Below are positions 17,880 through 26,693 of a stretch of DNA of 41,684 nucleotides, one piece after another (position 1 is the stretch's first letter; each line of letters begins with the position of its first letter). The notes beneath the pieces are model-generated. The model saw only the letters and a list, made by a program, of their open reading frames with translations, was not told the DNA's origin and made no database searches. A program made the translations under genes and the position numbers. The stretch covers positions 1-41,684 of the forward strand of contig CAZTRC010000006.1 in NCBI GenBank assembly GCA_964615845.1, in the 5' to 3' direction. Source of the stretch: an uncultured Candidatus Saccharibacteria bacterium (lineage in GTDB: Bacteria > Patescibacteriota > Minisyncoccia > Phycocordibacterales > CSBR16-119).

Positions 17880-18806
17880 TTATTGATTTAGTGCTCCAGA
17901 AATCGCTTTGACGTCGCTAAACCGCTGGTCAAATGTCGATCCGAGGACGACAACCACCATTGTAACATCATTTTTGCCTCGAAGGGCGACGACGAGATTA
18001 CCGCCAGCGATATCCGTAAATCCCGTCTTCGAGGCGAGAATCTTCGGGATTTGATTGACCAGAGGATTAGTGTTTTTGGCTACATGATCTTTGTCCTCGG
18101 AGCTGACTGGGAACTCAAGCTGGGTCGTCGCCGAGAAAATTTGCGGATAGACGCTGACTGCGTGAGCAAAAAGCCGAGCCATGTCACGAGCATTTGAGTA
18201 CGCGCCATTGCGTGAGATGCCTTCTTTCATGTCGAGTCCGGATTCGTTGTGAAATGTCAGACTTCGAAGGCCGAGTTCTCCGGCTCGTTTATTCATCGTA
18301 TCGACGAATGTTTTCAGGGGATCACTAGTTTGCGGATCTATAATTTTGCCCGTCTCTATGGCGATGTCGTGGATAGCGTCGTTTGAGGATGCAACGAGAG
18401 TGAACTCTAGGAGCTCGTCCCTGCCCCACTTCTCGTCGACGAGAAGTCCGTTGTCGCCGATTTCGCTCAAGGATTCTTTGTCAATTTGGAAGACATGGTC
18501 GGCTGGGACGTTCTCGAGGACGACGATGGCGCTCATGACTTTGGCGAGACTTGCGAGTGGCATGACCTCCTCGGCGTGGAATTTGTAGAGGAATTGTTTC
18601 TTCTCCGTGTCATAAATAGCAAAGGCCTTGGACGTCAGCGCGAGATCGAGGAATGGTCGGATACTTGCTTCATAAGCTTGAAGCTCTTGCTCAAGCTTTT
18701 CGCCATCGCTTATTTCCTTCTTGATGCCTTTGATATAAAAAAACCCGAGAAGGGCAAATATGACAAGGACAGCGACGAGCTGCCGTTCGGATTCGTTAAG
18801 CTTCAT
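17880..18806 (-). CDS. D-alanyl-D-alanine carboxypeptidase (serine peptidase S11)
   Basis: 308 aa with an N-terminal TM segment. It has SLAK (SxxK), SSND (SxN) and KTGFT (KTG) motifs in the correct order. Confidence 0.8.
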   Translation of the reverse strand: MKLNESERQLVAVLVIFALLGFFYIKGIKKEISDGEKLEQELQAYEASIRPFLDLALTSKAFAIYDTEKKQFLYKFHAEEVMPLASLAKVMSAIVVLENVPADHVFQIDKESLSEIGDNGLLVDEKWGRDELLEFTLVASSNDAIHDIAIETGKIIDPQTSDPLKTFVDTMNKRAGELGLRSLTFHNESGLDMKEGISRNGAYSNARDMARLFAHAVSVYPQIFSATTQLEFPVSSEDKDHVAKNTNPLVNQIPKILASKTGFTDIAGGNLVVALRGKNDVTMVVVVLGSTFDQRFSDVKAISGALNQ

Positions 18807-19341
18807 CTTGGTCGGTTTGTTTTAAAAGTTTTTCTTCTAATGTTTTCTTCATCTCTTCGAACTGCGGCAAATCCCCCACACTACCCGCACCCATGAAAGA
18901 CAGGAGCTCGAGAGTCGGCTTGTACACGTACGTGCGCGAGTCACTCTTGTGTACCTCCCTCTCCACCAATCCCCGAACTTCGAGCGCGCGCAAGATGAAG
19001 CCAGAATTCACGCCGCGGATGAAATTTATTTCGCTTCGAGTGACACTGTCGCGGTACAAAACGATCGAGAGCGTTTCAAGCGCCGCTTTGGAAAGTTCTT
19101 TGGACAATTCTTCTTTGCGGAGCGTTTCGAAAAATTCACTCATCTCTGGCGTCGTCCCGAGCATGACTTTCTCATCGTGAGTGACGAGCTTGATGCCGCG
19201 GCCCGCGAGAGAGACTTCGAGACTTGCAATCGCCGGTGGAATCTCAGACGGATCGACACGCAGAGCCACAGCAATATCCCAGAAAGCCATTGGCTCGCCT
19301 TTGAAAAACAAAAGAGATTCGATTTTTGATTCTAAATTCAT
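18796..19341 (-). CDS. scpB: Segregation and condensation protein B
   Basis: 181 aa. IESLLFFKGEPMAF..IA and SKAALETLSIVLYRDSVTRSEINFIRGVNS are ScpB winged-helix motifs. It overlaps scpA by 4 nt. Confidence 0.88.
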   Translation of the reverse strand: MNLESKIESLLFFKGEPMAFWDIAVALRVDPSEIPPAIASLEVSLAGRGIKLVTHDEKVMLGTTPEMSEFFETLRKEELSKELSKAALETLSIVLYRDSVTRSEINFIRGVNSGFILRALEVRGLVEREVHKSDSRTYVYKPTLELLSFMGAGSVGDLPQFEEMKKTLEEKLLKQTDQDEA

Positions 19342-20084
19342 TCGGCTTTTTGCTGATTCAAACTTTCTAATTCGATATCTTCAAAATCATTTTCCTGTGT
19401 CGCGTCGATTATCCCCTGACGGACCAATTCTAACATGGCGAGGAACGAGACGATAACGCCAACTTTTTGCTCCCTGCCTTCAGCATAACCGAGATTGCCA
19501 GAGAAACTCTTGAAAGACATTTTGATCGAAGACTGGACGCGCTCGAGCAATTCCTGGAGCGTGTCTTCGAGGCTTTTGACTTTGAGCACGAGAACTTCCG
19601 GCTTCTTCTCTTCTGGCGCCGGCAAGGCTTGGATGACGGATTGGATACCGACAAGCATCGCGTCCTGCGTGATTTGCGGATCTGGCGCGAAGACTTTGAG
19701 CTCGATGTCGCGCTCAAGACGCGGGAAAATAATTTGTTTACCAAACCGCTCTTCGATATCTCGGCCGATTTCTTTGATGAGTTTGTAAAGTTCAAGCCGG
19801 CGTTCAAGACTGCCGATGTCTTCTTTTTCTTCGGACGTAAGTTCAAGATTTGGGATGAGAGATCGGGACTTGATGAGGATTAATGTTGCCGCGACCGCAA
19901 TGAACGACGCGTAGGCACTCAAGTCTTTCTTGTCGATCGTCTGCACGTAAGCGATGAAATCATCCGTGATATTCGCAAGCGAAATTTCATTGATGAAAAG
20001 TTTTCTTTTTTCGATCAGACCGAGCAAAACATCAAGCGGGCCTTCAAATGAGGCTGTTTTTACTTTATATATGGTTTCTTCCAC
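19338..20084 (-). CDS. scpA: Segregation and condensation protein A (GTG start)
   Basis: 248 aa. FEGPLDVLLGLIEKRKLFINEISLANITDDFIAY is the ScpA N-terminal signature. Confidence 0.88.
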   Translation of the reverse strand: MEETIYKVKTASFEGPLDVLLGLIEKRKLFINEISLANITDDFIAYVQTIDKKDLSAYASFIAVAATLILIKSRSLIPNLELTSEEKEDIGSLERRLELYKLIKEIGRDIEERFGKQIIFPRLERDIELKVFAPDPQITQDAMLVGIQSVIQALPAPEEKKPEVLVLKVKSLEDTLQELLERVQSSIKMSFKSFSGNLGYAEGREQKVGVIVSFLAMLELVRQGIIDATQENDFEDIELESLNQQKAE

Positions 20085-20090
20085 CCGCCT

Positions 20091-20099
20091 ATTCTACCA
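20091..20099 (-). promoter_or_regulatory. Extended -10 (TGgTAGAAT) 6 nt before the scpA GTG (leaderless arrangement)
   Basis: The minus strand reads ttGGTAGAATaggcggGTG. Confidence 0.5.
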
Positions 20100-20131
20100 A
20101 ATCAGCCTTTGTATTATGGATGTTTTAAACA

Positions 20132-20160
20132 TTGACAAATATACTAGTCTATGCTATTAT
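20132..20160 (+). promoter_or_regulatory. Promoter TTGACA-N17-TATTAT for 20187..20453
   Basis: TTGACA at 20132-20137 and TATTAT at 20155-20160. The leader is gcaaaagaacccaagcaccctgaaac. Confidence 0.6.
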
Positions 20161-20186
20161 GCAAAAGAACCCAAGCACCCTGAAAC

Positions 20187-20453
20187 ATGCAGCCCACTTC
20201 CAAAATCTTCTATGCAACGATCATCGTCTGTCTCATCATCTTCCTTGCCTACGAAGGGTATGGAATATGCTGGGCGATGGTGAACACTCCCGACTTGCTC
20301 GGATTGAAATTCGTTCGCGCCGACATCTTTACTTCCATGACCGAGAATGATTTCAAACCAATTGCGTGGACAACTATTACCATGCTGTTGGTTTTCATCG
20401 GAACCCTGCTCCGCCTTCTCGATGAAGTCATCTTCAAAAAGAAAGCTGCGTGA
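20187..20453 (+). CDS. Small two-TM membrane protein, hypothetical
   Basis: 88 aa with two hydrophobic helices, its own promoter and a terminator. Confidence 0.55.
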   Translation: MQPTSKIFYATIIVCLIIFLAYEGYGICWAMVNTPDLLGLKFVRADIFTSMTENDFKPIAWTTITMLLVFIGTLLRLLDEVIFKKKAA

Positions 20454-20478
20454 GATTCTTGAACCACGACAGAACGAA

Positions 20479-20512
20479 AAGGCCCCGCGACTAGCGGGGC
20501 CTTCGTGTTTTT
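20479..20512. terminator. Bidirectional rho-independent terminator
   Basis: aaggccccgc (20479-20488) pairs perfectly with gcggggcctt (20494-20503). T-runs are present on both strands, and it lies between the convergent 20187 gene and aspS. Confidence 0.85.
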
Positions 20513-21842
20513 ATTCCTCCTTGTTGTCGTTGAGTCTCACATCGATACGATTCATGTCACGTGGGAACATTGTAGCTTCGCGGATGTTTTTGAGCCCGAG
20601 GATCTGCATCGTCATACGCTCGGCGCCAAAAGCGAAACCTCCTTCAGGCGGCACGCCATAGCGGAAAGCTTCGAGGAACATTTCAATTTTCGCCGGATCC
20701 ATCCCCCACTTATCGACATGTTCGAGAAGTTGCTTGTAGTCGCTGATGCGTCGGCCACCAGAAAGCCATTCGACGCCACGGCACAAGAGATCCATACCTT
20801 CATTGAATTCCGGATTTTCAGGATTTGGGAAAACATAAAAAGGCTTCTGGCGTGTTGGGTAGCCATAGACATAAACAAAATCAGATCCTGTTTCTTCTTT
20901 GATGATTTCGCAAAGCTTTCTCTCCTGTTCAGGATTGAGATCTTTGTCAGCCCCCGCTCCAAGCTTCGCGAGAGCTTCGGTAAGTGACATTGTCGGCGTC
21001 GATTCGATCATGTTTGGAAGTGTTGCGCCGAGAAATTCGAGCTCACGAGGACATTTTGTTTTCACTTGATCCAAGATGTATCGCACGGTCTTCTCGGACA
21101 AATCACGAACGTCGCGCCAAGAATCAATGAAGCCCATCTCGACGTCCAAAGAAACGACTTCGGTGATGTGCCTCGTCGTCGCTGAAGGTTCGGCGCGGAA
21201 AATCTTGTTGACCGAAAAGACGCGTTCAAAAGCTGTCATGACGATTTGTTTATAAAGTTGCGGTGATTGCGATAGATAAGCCTTCTTATCGAAATAATCT
21301 ATCTGGAAAACTTCGGCGCCGCCTTCAGCTGTCGCGGGCACGATCGATGGCGCTTGGAATTCGAAAAACTCTTGCGACTTCATGAATTCGCGGAACGAAT
21401 CGATGATGACAGCCTGAACTTTAAAGATTGCCTGAAGTCTTGGATGACGAAGTGTGAGCGCGCGATGATCAAGCTCGGTCGTAAGATCGAGGTTGAAGCC
21501 GTCGGCAGACATGTCGAATGGAAGTGTTTCAGCTTGCGCGAGAATCTCGAGTCCTAAGACTTCAAGCTCAATGTCACCATTCAAGACTTTAGCATTCTTA
21601 TTCTTTTCAGGACGTTCGTTGACCTTGCCTGTGATGGAAACAACAGATTCTTGCCGAGCTTCTTTGGCTGTCTCAATAGCTGCGCTACCCGGCAAAACAA
21701 TTGTCTGGATCGTCCCAGAAAAATCCCGAATATCGAAAAAGACCATCTTGCCCTGATCACGTCGAACGCTGATCCAACCTTTAATGACAACTTCTTCCCC
21801 GGCGCGACCTCCAAGGTCGCGGATATAAGTTCTTGATTGCAT
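20511..21842 (-). CDS. aspS: Aspartate--tRNA ligase, archaeal/eukaryal type (possibly non-discriminating)
   Basis: 443 aa, class IIb. It has an N-terminal OB fold (GWISVRRDQGKMVFFDIRD), FRAEPS and the C-terminal GGFAFGAERMTMQILGLKNIREATMFPRDMNR. The FPRD..R ending favours AspRS over AsnRS. Confidence 0.85.
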   Translation of the reverse strand: MQSRTYIRDLGGRAGEEVVIKGWISVRRDQGKMVFFDIRDFSGTIQTIVLPGSAAIETAKEARQESVVSITGKVNERPEKNKNAKVLNGDIELEVLGLEILAQAETLPFDMSADGFNLDLTTELDHRALTLRHPRLQAIFKVQAVIIDSFREFMKSQEFFEFQAPSIVPATAEGGAEVFQIDYFDKKAYLSQSPQLYKQIVMTAFERVFSVNKIFRAEPSATTRHITEVVSLDVEMGFIDSWRDVRDLSEKTVRYILDQVKTKCPRELEFLGATLPNMIESTPTMSLTEALAKLGAGADKDLNPEQERKLCEIIKEETGSDFVYVYGYPTRQKPFYVFPNPENPEFNEGMDLLCRGVEWLSGGRRISDYKQLLEHVDKWGMDPAKIEMFLEAFRYGVPPEGGFAFGAERMTMQILGLKNIREATMFPRDMNRIDVRLNDNKEE

Positions 21843-21849
21843 AAAAAAT

Positions 21850-21878
21850 ATTTTACCTCAAAGACTCGTTTTTTCCAA
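21850..21878 (-). promoter_or_regulatory. aspS promoter TTGGAA-N17-TAAAAT, with the -10 ending 7 nt before the ATG (leaderless)
   Basis: The minus strand reads TTGGAAaaaacgagtctttgaggTAAAATattttttATG. Confidence 0.55.
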
Positions 21879-21885
21879 TCATTTG

Positions 21886-21914
21886 TTGACAAAATTCTGT
21901 ATTGAGTTTATAAT
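21886..21914 (+). promoter_or_regulatory. Consensus promoter TTGACA-N17-TATAAT for 21942..22595
   Basis: TTGACA at 21886-21891 and TATAAT at 21909-21914. The leader is tcgcacaaacaccaagcaccccacgcc. Confidence 0.7.
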
Positions 21915-21941
21915 TCGCACAAACACCAAGCACCCCACGCC

Positions 21942-22595
21942 ATGAAAAACAAAAGCACCTGGCCCTTCCGCCCGGAATGGTTCGTCTACACGAATGATCC
22001 GGCAACCTTTGACCACATCACCGGCTTCTTGCGAGCAAGTGGCGAACGCCAAGATGACGCTCTGATGACCGATCAACGAGTGAGCGATCGTTCGGATCTG
22101 GTCACGTTGCGCGCCATCAAAGCGGCCGACAAACAGACACTAGACAAGGCCGCGATCGGCCAACTCAAACTGGTGTTCCAGATCTATCTCCGTCAATACC
22201 CTGGCGGACCGATCCAGCACTTCGAATCGCAGAGGAAAGACGCGCAAGGCCCGAAGATCGTTCTTCTCGTGTCGAACACCCTGACCGGAGCAGAGCTTCG
22301 TCGAAAGGCACTGGACCTCAAAGAGGAACATCCGACCATCGAGTACCTACTCGCGGACGAGGACCTCGTTGGAGCAGTTGACGCGATGATCAACCGCGGC
22401 TTCGTGAACGAAGTGGTCCTCTTCGGTGGAGATCTCGGTAAGGACAACATGCATAGCATTGCCTACCGCGTCATCGAAGCGGCAAGAAAGCGCAGCATGC
22501 CGGTGAAGTCCATGGATGAAGCCGCCGCAAAGGCGATTTCCGCCCTCAATGGGTCCAGCACCCGTGGAAAGTCGAACACCCAACGCGCCGCCTGA
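21942..22595 (+). CDS. Hypothetical cytoplasmic protein (G+C-rich orphan cassette)
   Basis: 217 aa with no TM segment and no recognisable motif. It has a consensus promoter and a hairpin terminator. Confidence 0.6.
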   Translation: MKNKSTWPFRPEWFVYTNDPATFDHITGFLRASGERQDDALMTDQRVSDRSDLVTLRAIKAADKQTLDKAAIGQLKLVFQIYLRQYPGGPIQHFESQRKDAQGPKIVLLVSNTLTGAELRRKALDLKEEHPTIEYLLADEDLVGAVDAMINRGFVNEVVLFGGDLGKDNMHSIAYRVIEAARKRSMPVKSMDEAAAKAISALNGSSTRGKSNTQRAA

Positions 22596-22614
22596 AGAAG
22601 ATCTTTTTCGAGTC

Positions 22615-22643
22615 CGAAGCCCTGACCTATGGTCGGGGCTTCG
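22615..22643. terminator. Hairpin terminator between convergent genes
   Basis: cgaagccc (22615-22622) pairs with gggcttcg (22636-22643), with an inner gacc/ggtc extension. Confidence 0.6.
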
Positions 22644-22649
22644 TTCATT

Positions 22650-23255
22650 CTAATTATTTTCCTCCGCCCCATTCATATCTTCTTCCAACTCTGGTGCCGG
22701 AGGAAGAGTCTTTTCGTACTGGGTGATTATCCATTTACCGGAGACATTCGAGAGTTTGAGCGTCACCGAATACTCAGCGGAAATTCCGTCTTTCACTTTG
22801 GTGTCGCTCGTGACTTCGATAAGTCTACCTGTCACAGCATAAGTGCCGTCTTCGTTTTTCACGAGTGAATCAATTTCGATTCTGTCTGGCCAAGGACTCG
22901 AGGTCAGCCGACCTGGCGCGTTTTCGGGATCCTTTTGCCACTTTTTGACGAGTTCAGATGAAGCGTAATAGCTGAAGTGTCCGCTAATAGCCTTATCGCG
23001 GATTTCCTTGTCGGCAACAAGCGAAACCAAAGCATGTCTCCTGCCAAAACCTTCGACGAGTTCCCGAACCTCCAAAGCTTCCAAGGCTTCGGCATCAACG
23101 GGCGCCACCACTTCTTCCTTTGGCTTGGCGCTGATGAAAATTATACCAACAATGATGATGCCGAGGGCAATCGCGCCTTTGGCAATCAGGCTTTTACGCT
23201 CTTTTGATAAATTTTTAACGTGTTTCAAATCGATTTTCGGGATTTTTATTTTCAT
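22650..23255 (-). CDS. Membrane-anchored hypothetical protein
   Basis: 201 aa with one TM segment (GAIALGIIIVGIIFI). The ectodomain has a beta-rich C-terminus and an acidic tail. Confidence 0.6.
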   Translation of the reverse strand: MKIKIPKIDLKHVKNLSKERKSLIAKGAIALGIIIVGIIFISAKPKEEVVAPVDAEALEALEVRELVEGFGRRHALVSLVADKEIRDKAISGHFSYYASSELVKKWQKDPENAPGRLTSSPWPDRIEIDSLVKNEDGTYAVTGRLIEVTSDTKVKDGISAEYSVTLKLSNVSGKWIITQYEKTLPPAPELEEDMNGAEENN

Positions 23256-23314
23256 GCGGAGGCTTTGAATTAGTGCTAAAAAGTAAAGGTATTATAGCAC
23301 GTCGGCTTTGCTTG

Positions 23315-23344
23315 TTGACAAATTCGGTGGGTGTACTATATAAT
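23315..23344 (+). promoter_or_regulatory. Cold-shock gene promoter (TTGACA ... TATAAT) followed by a roughly 90-nt 5' UTR
   Basis: TTGACA at 23315-23320 and TATATAAT at 23337-23344. The long untranslated leader to 23435 is typical of cspA-type genes. Confidence 0.65.
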
Positions 23345-23435
23345 GGAGGGGCAAAAGGGTTAGGTTTCTATTTGAAAATGTCGAGTTTCGAGGGGACAAA
23401 AACGTTTGTAATTAAAACATAGATAAACTAAATCA

Positions 23436-23633
23436 ATGACTGGTACAATCAAAAAATTGACCGATAAAGGTTTTGGTTTCATCTCAGCTGAAGGCCTAGA
23501 GAAAGAACTTTTCTTTCACGCTAATTCTTTGGTAGGAGTTCAATACAATGATCTTCGCGAAGGTGATGCTATAACTTTTGAGATGGAGGAATCTCCAAAG
23601 GGCATGAATGCGGTTAACGTCCAAAAGGCGTAA
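23436..23633 (+). CDS. csp: Cold-shock protein (CspA family)
   Basis: 65 aa. GTIKKLTDKGFGFISAEG...LFFHANSL has the RNP1 KGFGFI and RNP2-like FFH motifs. Confidence 0.92.
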   Translation: MTGTIKKLTDKGFGFISAEGLEKELFFHANSLVGVQYNDLREGDAITFEMEESPKGMNAVNVQKA

Positions 23634-23640
23634 TCTCATC

Positions 23641-23684
23641 AAAAGCAAAATCCCTCCCGTTTGACGGGAGGGATTTTGCTTTTT
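23641..23684. terminator. Strong bidirectional rho-independent terminator
   Basis: Perfect 20-bp stem 23641-23660/23664-23683 with a 3-nt loop. It is flanked by an A-run and a T-run. Confidence 0.9.
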
Positions 23685-23766
23685 ACTATTTCACTTTCTT
23701 TGGTTTCTTCTTTTCCTTTCTCTTGTCTTGTCCTTTTGCCATACAAGTTATTTACTAAATTAATAA

Positions 23767-24312
23767 TTAATCCATCGCTTCATCGCCACAATCCGTGTCA
23801 CTCATATTCGGCTCGAATGACAACTTGTCCGGATTAGCGTAAACCCATGTACCGTCTCCTCTATCCTTCATCTCTCCAAATCCGACAGCGGCATTACCTT
23901 CGCCGAACTTGATGATGATTTCTTCGGTGTTAGTCACGCCTTCGGCAGATGTTGCCCAGAAACCATTGACGGTGCGAGACATAGACATTTGATCCACCGG
24001 TCCGACAGTACCTTTGAATATGCCGGTCTTACTATCCTTCTCATCCGGAAGCCACAAGAATTCTCCGATGACATTTTCCCCACGGATATCCATCGAAAGC
24101 TGCGCCTTGTCCCCTGCTTCGGTGTTCCAGATAAAGCAAAGCTGTGTCGCATCAATGTTCGGATCTTCGACGACATTCGTATCGCCCGGAGTTTCTGTTA
24201 CTGGTGTCGGCACCACATCCTTCGCTGGCATTTTAATAAACCAAACTATCGCGGCAATTAAAATCAATACTCCTAAAATCGTTTGCCAAGTTTTTGTTTT
24301 ATTTTCTTCCAT
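23767..24312 (-). CDS. Membrane-anchored hypothetical protein (start trimmed to MEENK)
   Basis: The track ORF extends to 24447, but a minus-strand terminator (24338-24378) lies inside that extension. From the ATG at 24312 the protein is 181 aa with an N-terminal TM segment (WQTILGVLILIAAIVWFI). Confidence 0.6.
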   Translation of the reverse strand: MEENKTKTWQTILGVLILIAAIVWFIKMPAKDVVPTPVTETPGDTNVVEDPNIDATQLCFIWNTEAGDKAQLSMDIRGENVIGEFLWLPDEKDSKTGIFKGTVGPVDQMSMSRTVNGFWATSAEGVTNTEEIIIKFGEGNAAVGFGEMKDRGDGTWVYANPDKLSFEPNMSDTDCGDEAMD

Positions 24313-24337
24313 ATTTAAATTATAACATTCTTTGTTT

Positions 24338-24378
24338 TTTAAAAAAGAAGAACCCGGACCAACTAGTGGTCCGGGTTC
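24338..24378 (-). terminator. Rho-independent terminator of 24419..25030
   Basis: gaacccggacca (24350-24361) pairs perfectly with tggtccgggttc (24367-24378), 12 bp. The minus strand continues ttctttttt. Confidence 0.85.
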
Positions 24379-24418
24379 CTTCATCCGGTGCTCTTGCGCA
24401 TATTTTCTTTCCCCGCCT

Positions 24419-25030
24419 CTACGCTGTCTCCAGCTCGAGACGTCCATTCGCCTCCAGAACGGGGACCTCCAACTTCGACGCTGTTTTCAACAGGCGTCGC
24501 CCCAGCAACCCTATGGTTTCCCGGCCGAAGACAACGGCATAGTCACGGAATCGCGCGGGAGATAGGCCGCCGACGCCGACGATCTCGTGAACCAAATGCG
24601 CCAGTTGAAACGTAGTGGTCAGCACGATCCTGCCGCCATTGATGGCCGCAGTAATGGCTGTTGCCGTGTTGAAGTGCACTTGGCGAAAGACCTCTCCGAC
24701 CTCGGCCTCGTTGTCATCCATCACCGTAGTGAATGGTGCATAGACGATCGAGATCGGCTCGATCTGTTTCGTCTTACCACGCGTTGCCAAGGCGTAGATA
24801 TGGTGTTCCTCCACCACAGTGAGCGCCTCGATGACGTTTTGCGGCAACCCACACAGTGGGTACGGAACGATGCTGTCATCGTTGGTATACTTGGTGAAAT
24901 CGATGATCTTGCTCGGGAGCAAGAATTCATCCATCACACCCTTCATGGCGGTATTGGTAGTAAACCCATAACCGCACTCGTTCAACCTCTTCAACAGGAG
25001 TTCACTTCCGGAAGGAAGCTTCGTACCCAT
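24419..25030 (-). CDS. Hypothetical cytoplasmic protein (G+C-rich), downstream of the ABC-F gene
   Basis: 203 aa with no recognisable motif. It is followed by a clean terminator. Only a weak promoter is visible upstream, so it may be co-transcribed with the ABC-F gene. Confidence 0.55.
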   Translation of the reverse strand: MGTKLPSGSELLLKRLNECGYGFTTNTAMKGVMDEFLLPSKIIDFTKYTNDDSIVPYPLCGLPQNVIEALTVVEEHHIYALATRGKTKQIEPISIVYAPFTTVMDDNEAEVGEVFRQVHFNTATAITAAINGGRIVLTTTFQLAHLVHEIVGVGGLSPARFRDYAVVFGRETIGLLGRRLLKTASKLEVPVLEANGRLELETA

Positions 25031-25141
25031 GATGAGTATGCTCTTGGTTTACTTGTTCGCGATTCCGAAATGTCCGATCTTCATGGTCAAAGGTTTTGGA
25101 AGGAAGCGTTGTTGCTATCCGGGGTGGATATTACTATTTAT

Positions 25142-26644
25142 TTAAAAAGTGTCAATGGCTTTCGCTTTTGAGCTTGGGGAAAGGTCGAGCGTCTCATCGA
25201 TCCGGATTTGCGCCACGAAATCCGGAACGTGAGAAACGAGAATCATTGCGCCTTCGAATTTGTCGAGTGCTTCGGCAATGATTGGCAAGTGGCGGAAATT
25301 GATGTGGTTGGTCGGCTCGTCGAGGATGAGAAGTCCCGGACGCTCGAGCACCAGCCGCGCGAAAGCGACTAGTCCCTTCTGCCCTTCTGACAGATTACCG
25401 ATTTTGGTGTTGATGAAATCGCTGGTGATGAGAAATCCGGCCGCGGTCGCGCGAAGGCGTTCTTCATTGAGCGGCATATTAGCGATAGCCATCCCGCCTT
25501 TCAAGGATTCGTAGACTGTCTGAGTGAAATCAAGCGTCGAAAAATCTTGGCGATAGTATCCGATACGGACATCTGGAGCAATTGTGACGCCCGCGCTTTT
25601 ACCGCTTGCAATCAATTCTAGAAGTGTCGACTTGCCGATACCATTCGGGCCTTTCAAGAGCAAGTGATTATTTTTCTTCAATTTTATATTTACTTTTTTC
25701 TCTTTCGGCTTGTGGTTTTGGATAGTCGAAACTTTTTGGAGGTCTATGATGTCGCCGAGGATATCGCCCTGGAAAGGGATCGTGAAAGGCTTGATAGTCT
25801 TGTCTTCCCGTCTGACATCCACCATTTCATCTTCGAGATCGGCCGCAAGATCTCGCATCCTTTTGGCCACGGCACGCAAATTGCCGCCCTTGTGAGCGAA
25901 GACGTTGGCTTGGTCTTTCTTGGCTTGAATCTGTTTGGCCAGGCGCGCGTTCTTGATGTTTTCTTTTTCAACACGTGCGGAAATTTCTTTGATGACGTCG
26001 AAATAGTTTCCGACATAGCGTTCGATTTTCCTAGTGAACACATCGAGATAGAGGACGCCATCGGTAAAAGAGTTTAGAAATTCAGCGTCGTGAGAAATGA
26101 CAAGACAGGTCTTTTGGTAGTCGACAAGGAATTTCGTCAGGTGCTCGATGCCCGCTTTGTCCAAATTATTCGTCGGCTCGTCGAGGAGGAGAATGTCTGG
26201 CTCTTGGATCAACGCCGAAGCGAGAAGAATACGCGCTTGCTGTCCACCGGAAAAGCTCTTGATGATTCGGTCATGGACTTTTTCGTGGCCTTTGAGATGG
26301 ACAATCTCGAGCACGTCGTCGATTCGAGGATCGATGTCATAAATTTTCTCCTTGAAACAATTCTGGAAGAATTCTCGTACGGTCAAATTCATTTGATCCC
26401 TCGGGATGACTTGTTTGGCGATGGCAATGGTGGCGCCCTTGGTGATGTTGATAACGCCGTGATTCGCTTCGTACTCATCGGTGATGAGACCAAAGAGCGT
26501 CGATTTACCCGCGCCGTTCTGACCCATAATGGTGAGCTTCATCCCACGACGCACAGAGAAAGACACCTCATCGAGAATTGGTTTGATTGGACTGTATTCG
26601 AAAGTCACATCTTCGAATCGCAAAATTGTCTCGTCTTTGGACAT
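25142..26644 (-). CDS. ABC-F family ATPase (two tandem ABC domains, no TM domain)
   Basis: 500 aa. Walker A appears twice (GQNGAGKST, GPNGIGKST). The signatures are LSGGQQARILLA and LSEGQKGLVAFA, and Walker B is LLLDEPTNNLD / LILDEPTNHIN. Confidence 0.9.
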   Translation of the reverse strand: MSKDETILRFEDVTFEYSPIKPILDEVSFSVRRGMKLTIMGQNGAGKSTLFGLITDEYEANHGVINITKGATIAIAKQVIPRDQMNLTVREFFQNCFKEKIYDIDPRIDDVLEIVHLKGHEKVHDRIIKSFSGGQQARILLASALIQEPDILLLDEPTNNLDKAGIEHLTKFLVDYQKTCLVISHDAEFLNSFTDGVLYLDVFTRKIERYVGNYFDVIKEISARVEKENIKNARLAKQIQAKKDQANVFAHKGGNLRAVAKRMRDLAADLEDEMVDVRREDKTIKPFTIPFQGDILGDIIDLQKVSTIQNHKPKEKKVNIKLKKNNHLLLKGPNGIGKSTLLELIASGKSAGVTIAPDVRIGYYRQDFSTLDFTQTVYESLKGGMAIANMPLNEERLRATAAGFLITSDFINTKIGNLSEGQKGLVAFARLVLERPGLLILDEPTNHINFRHLPIIAEALDKFEGAMILVSHVPDFVAQIRIDETLDLSPSSKAKAIDTF

Positions 26645-26651
26645 GAGAAAG

Positions 26652-26660
26652 AGATTAGCA
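26652..26660 (-). promoter_or_regulatory. Extended -10 (TGcTAATCT) 7 nt before the ABC-F ATG (leaderless arrangement)
   Basis: The minus strand reads TTGACCggggtatttccgTGcTAATCTctttctcATG. Confidence 0.5.
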
Positions 26661-26693
26661 CGGAAATACCCCGGTCAATAGTGAATTAAGAAA

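Noticed and set aside
23686-23742. 18-codon minus-strand ORF (MAKGQDKRKEKKKPKKVK) between the 23767 gene and the csp terminator.
   Set aside because: It is very short, lies in an A-rich tract where Lys codons arise by chance, and has no visible promoter or RBS. It would only be worth revisiting if conserved in relatives.
24313-24447. N-terminal 45-aa extension of the track ORF 23767..24447.
   Set aside because: The extension spans a perfect 12-bp minus-strand terminator (24350-24378) that belongs to the upstream gene, and its sequence is Arg/Gly-rich noise. The internal ATG at 24312 gives a clean TM-anchored protein.
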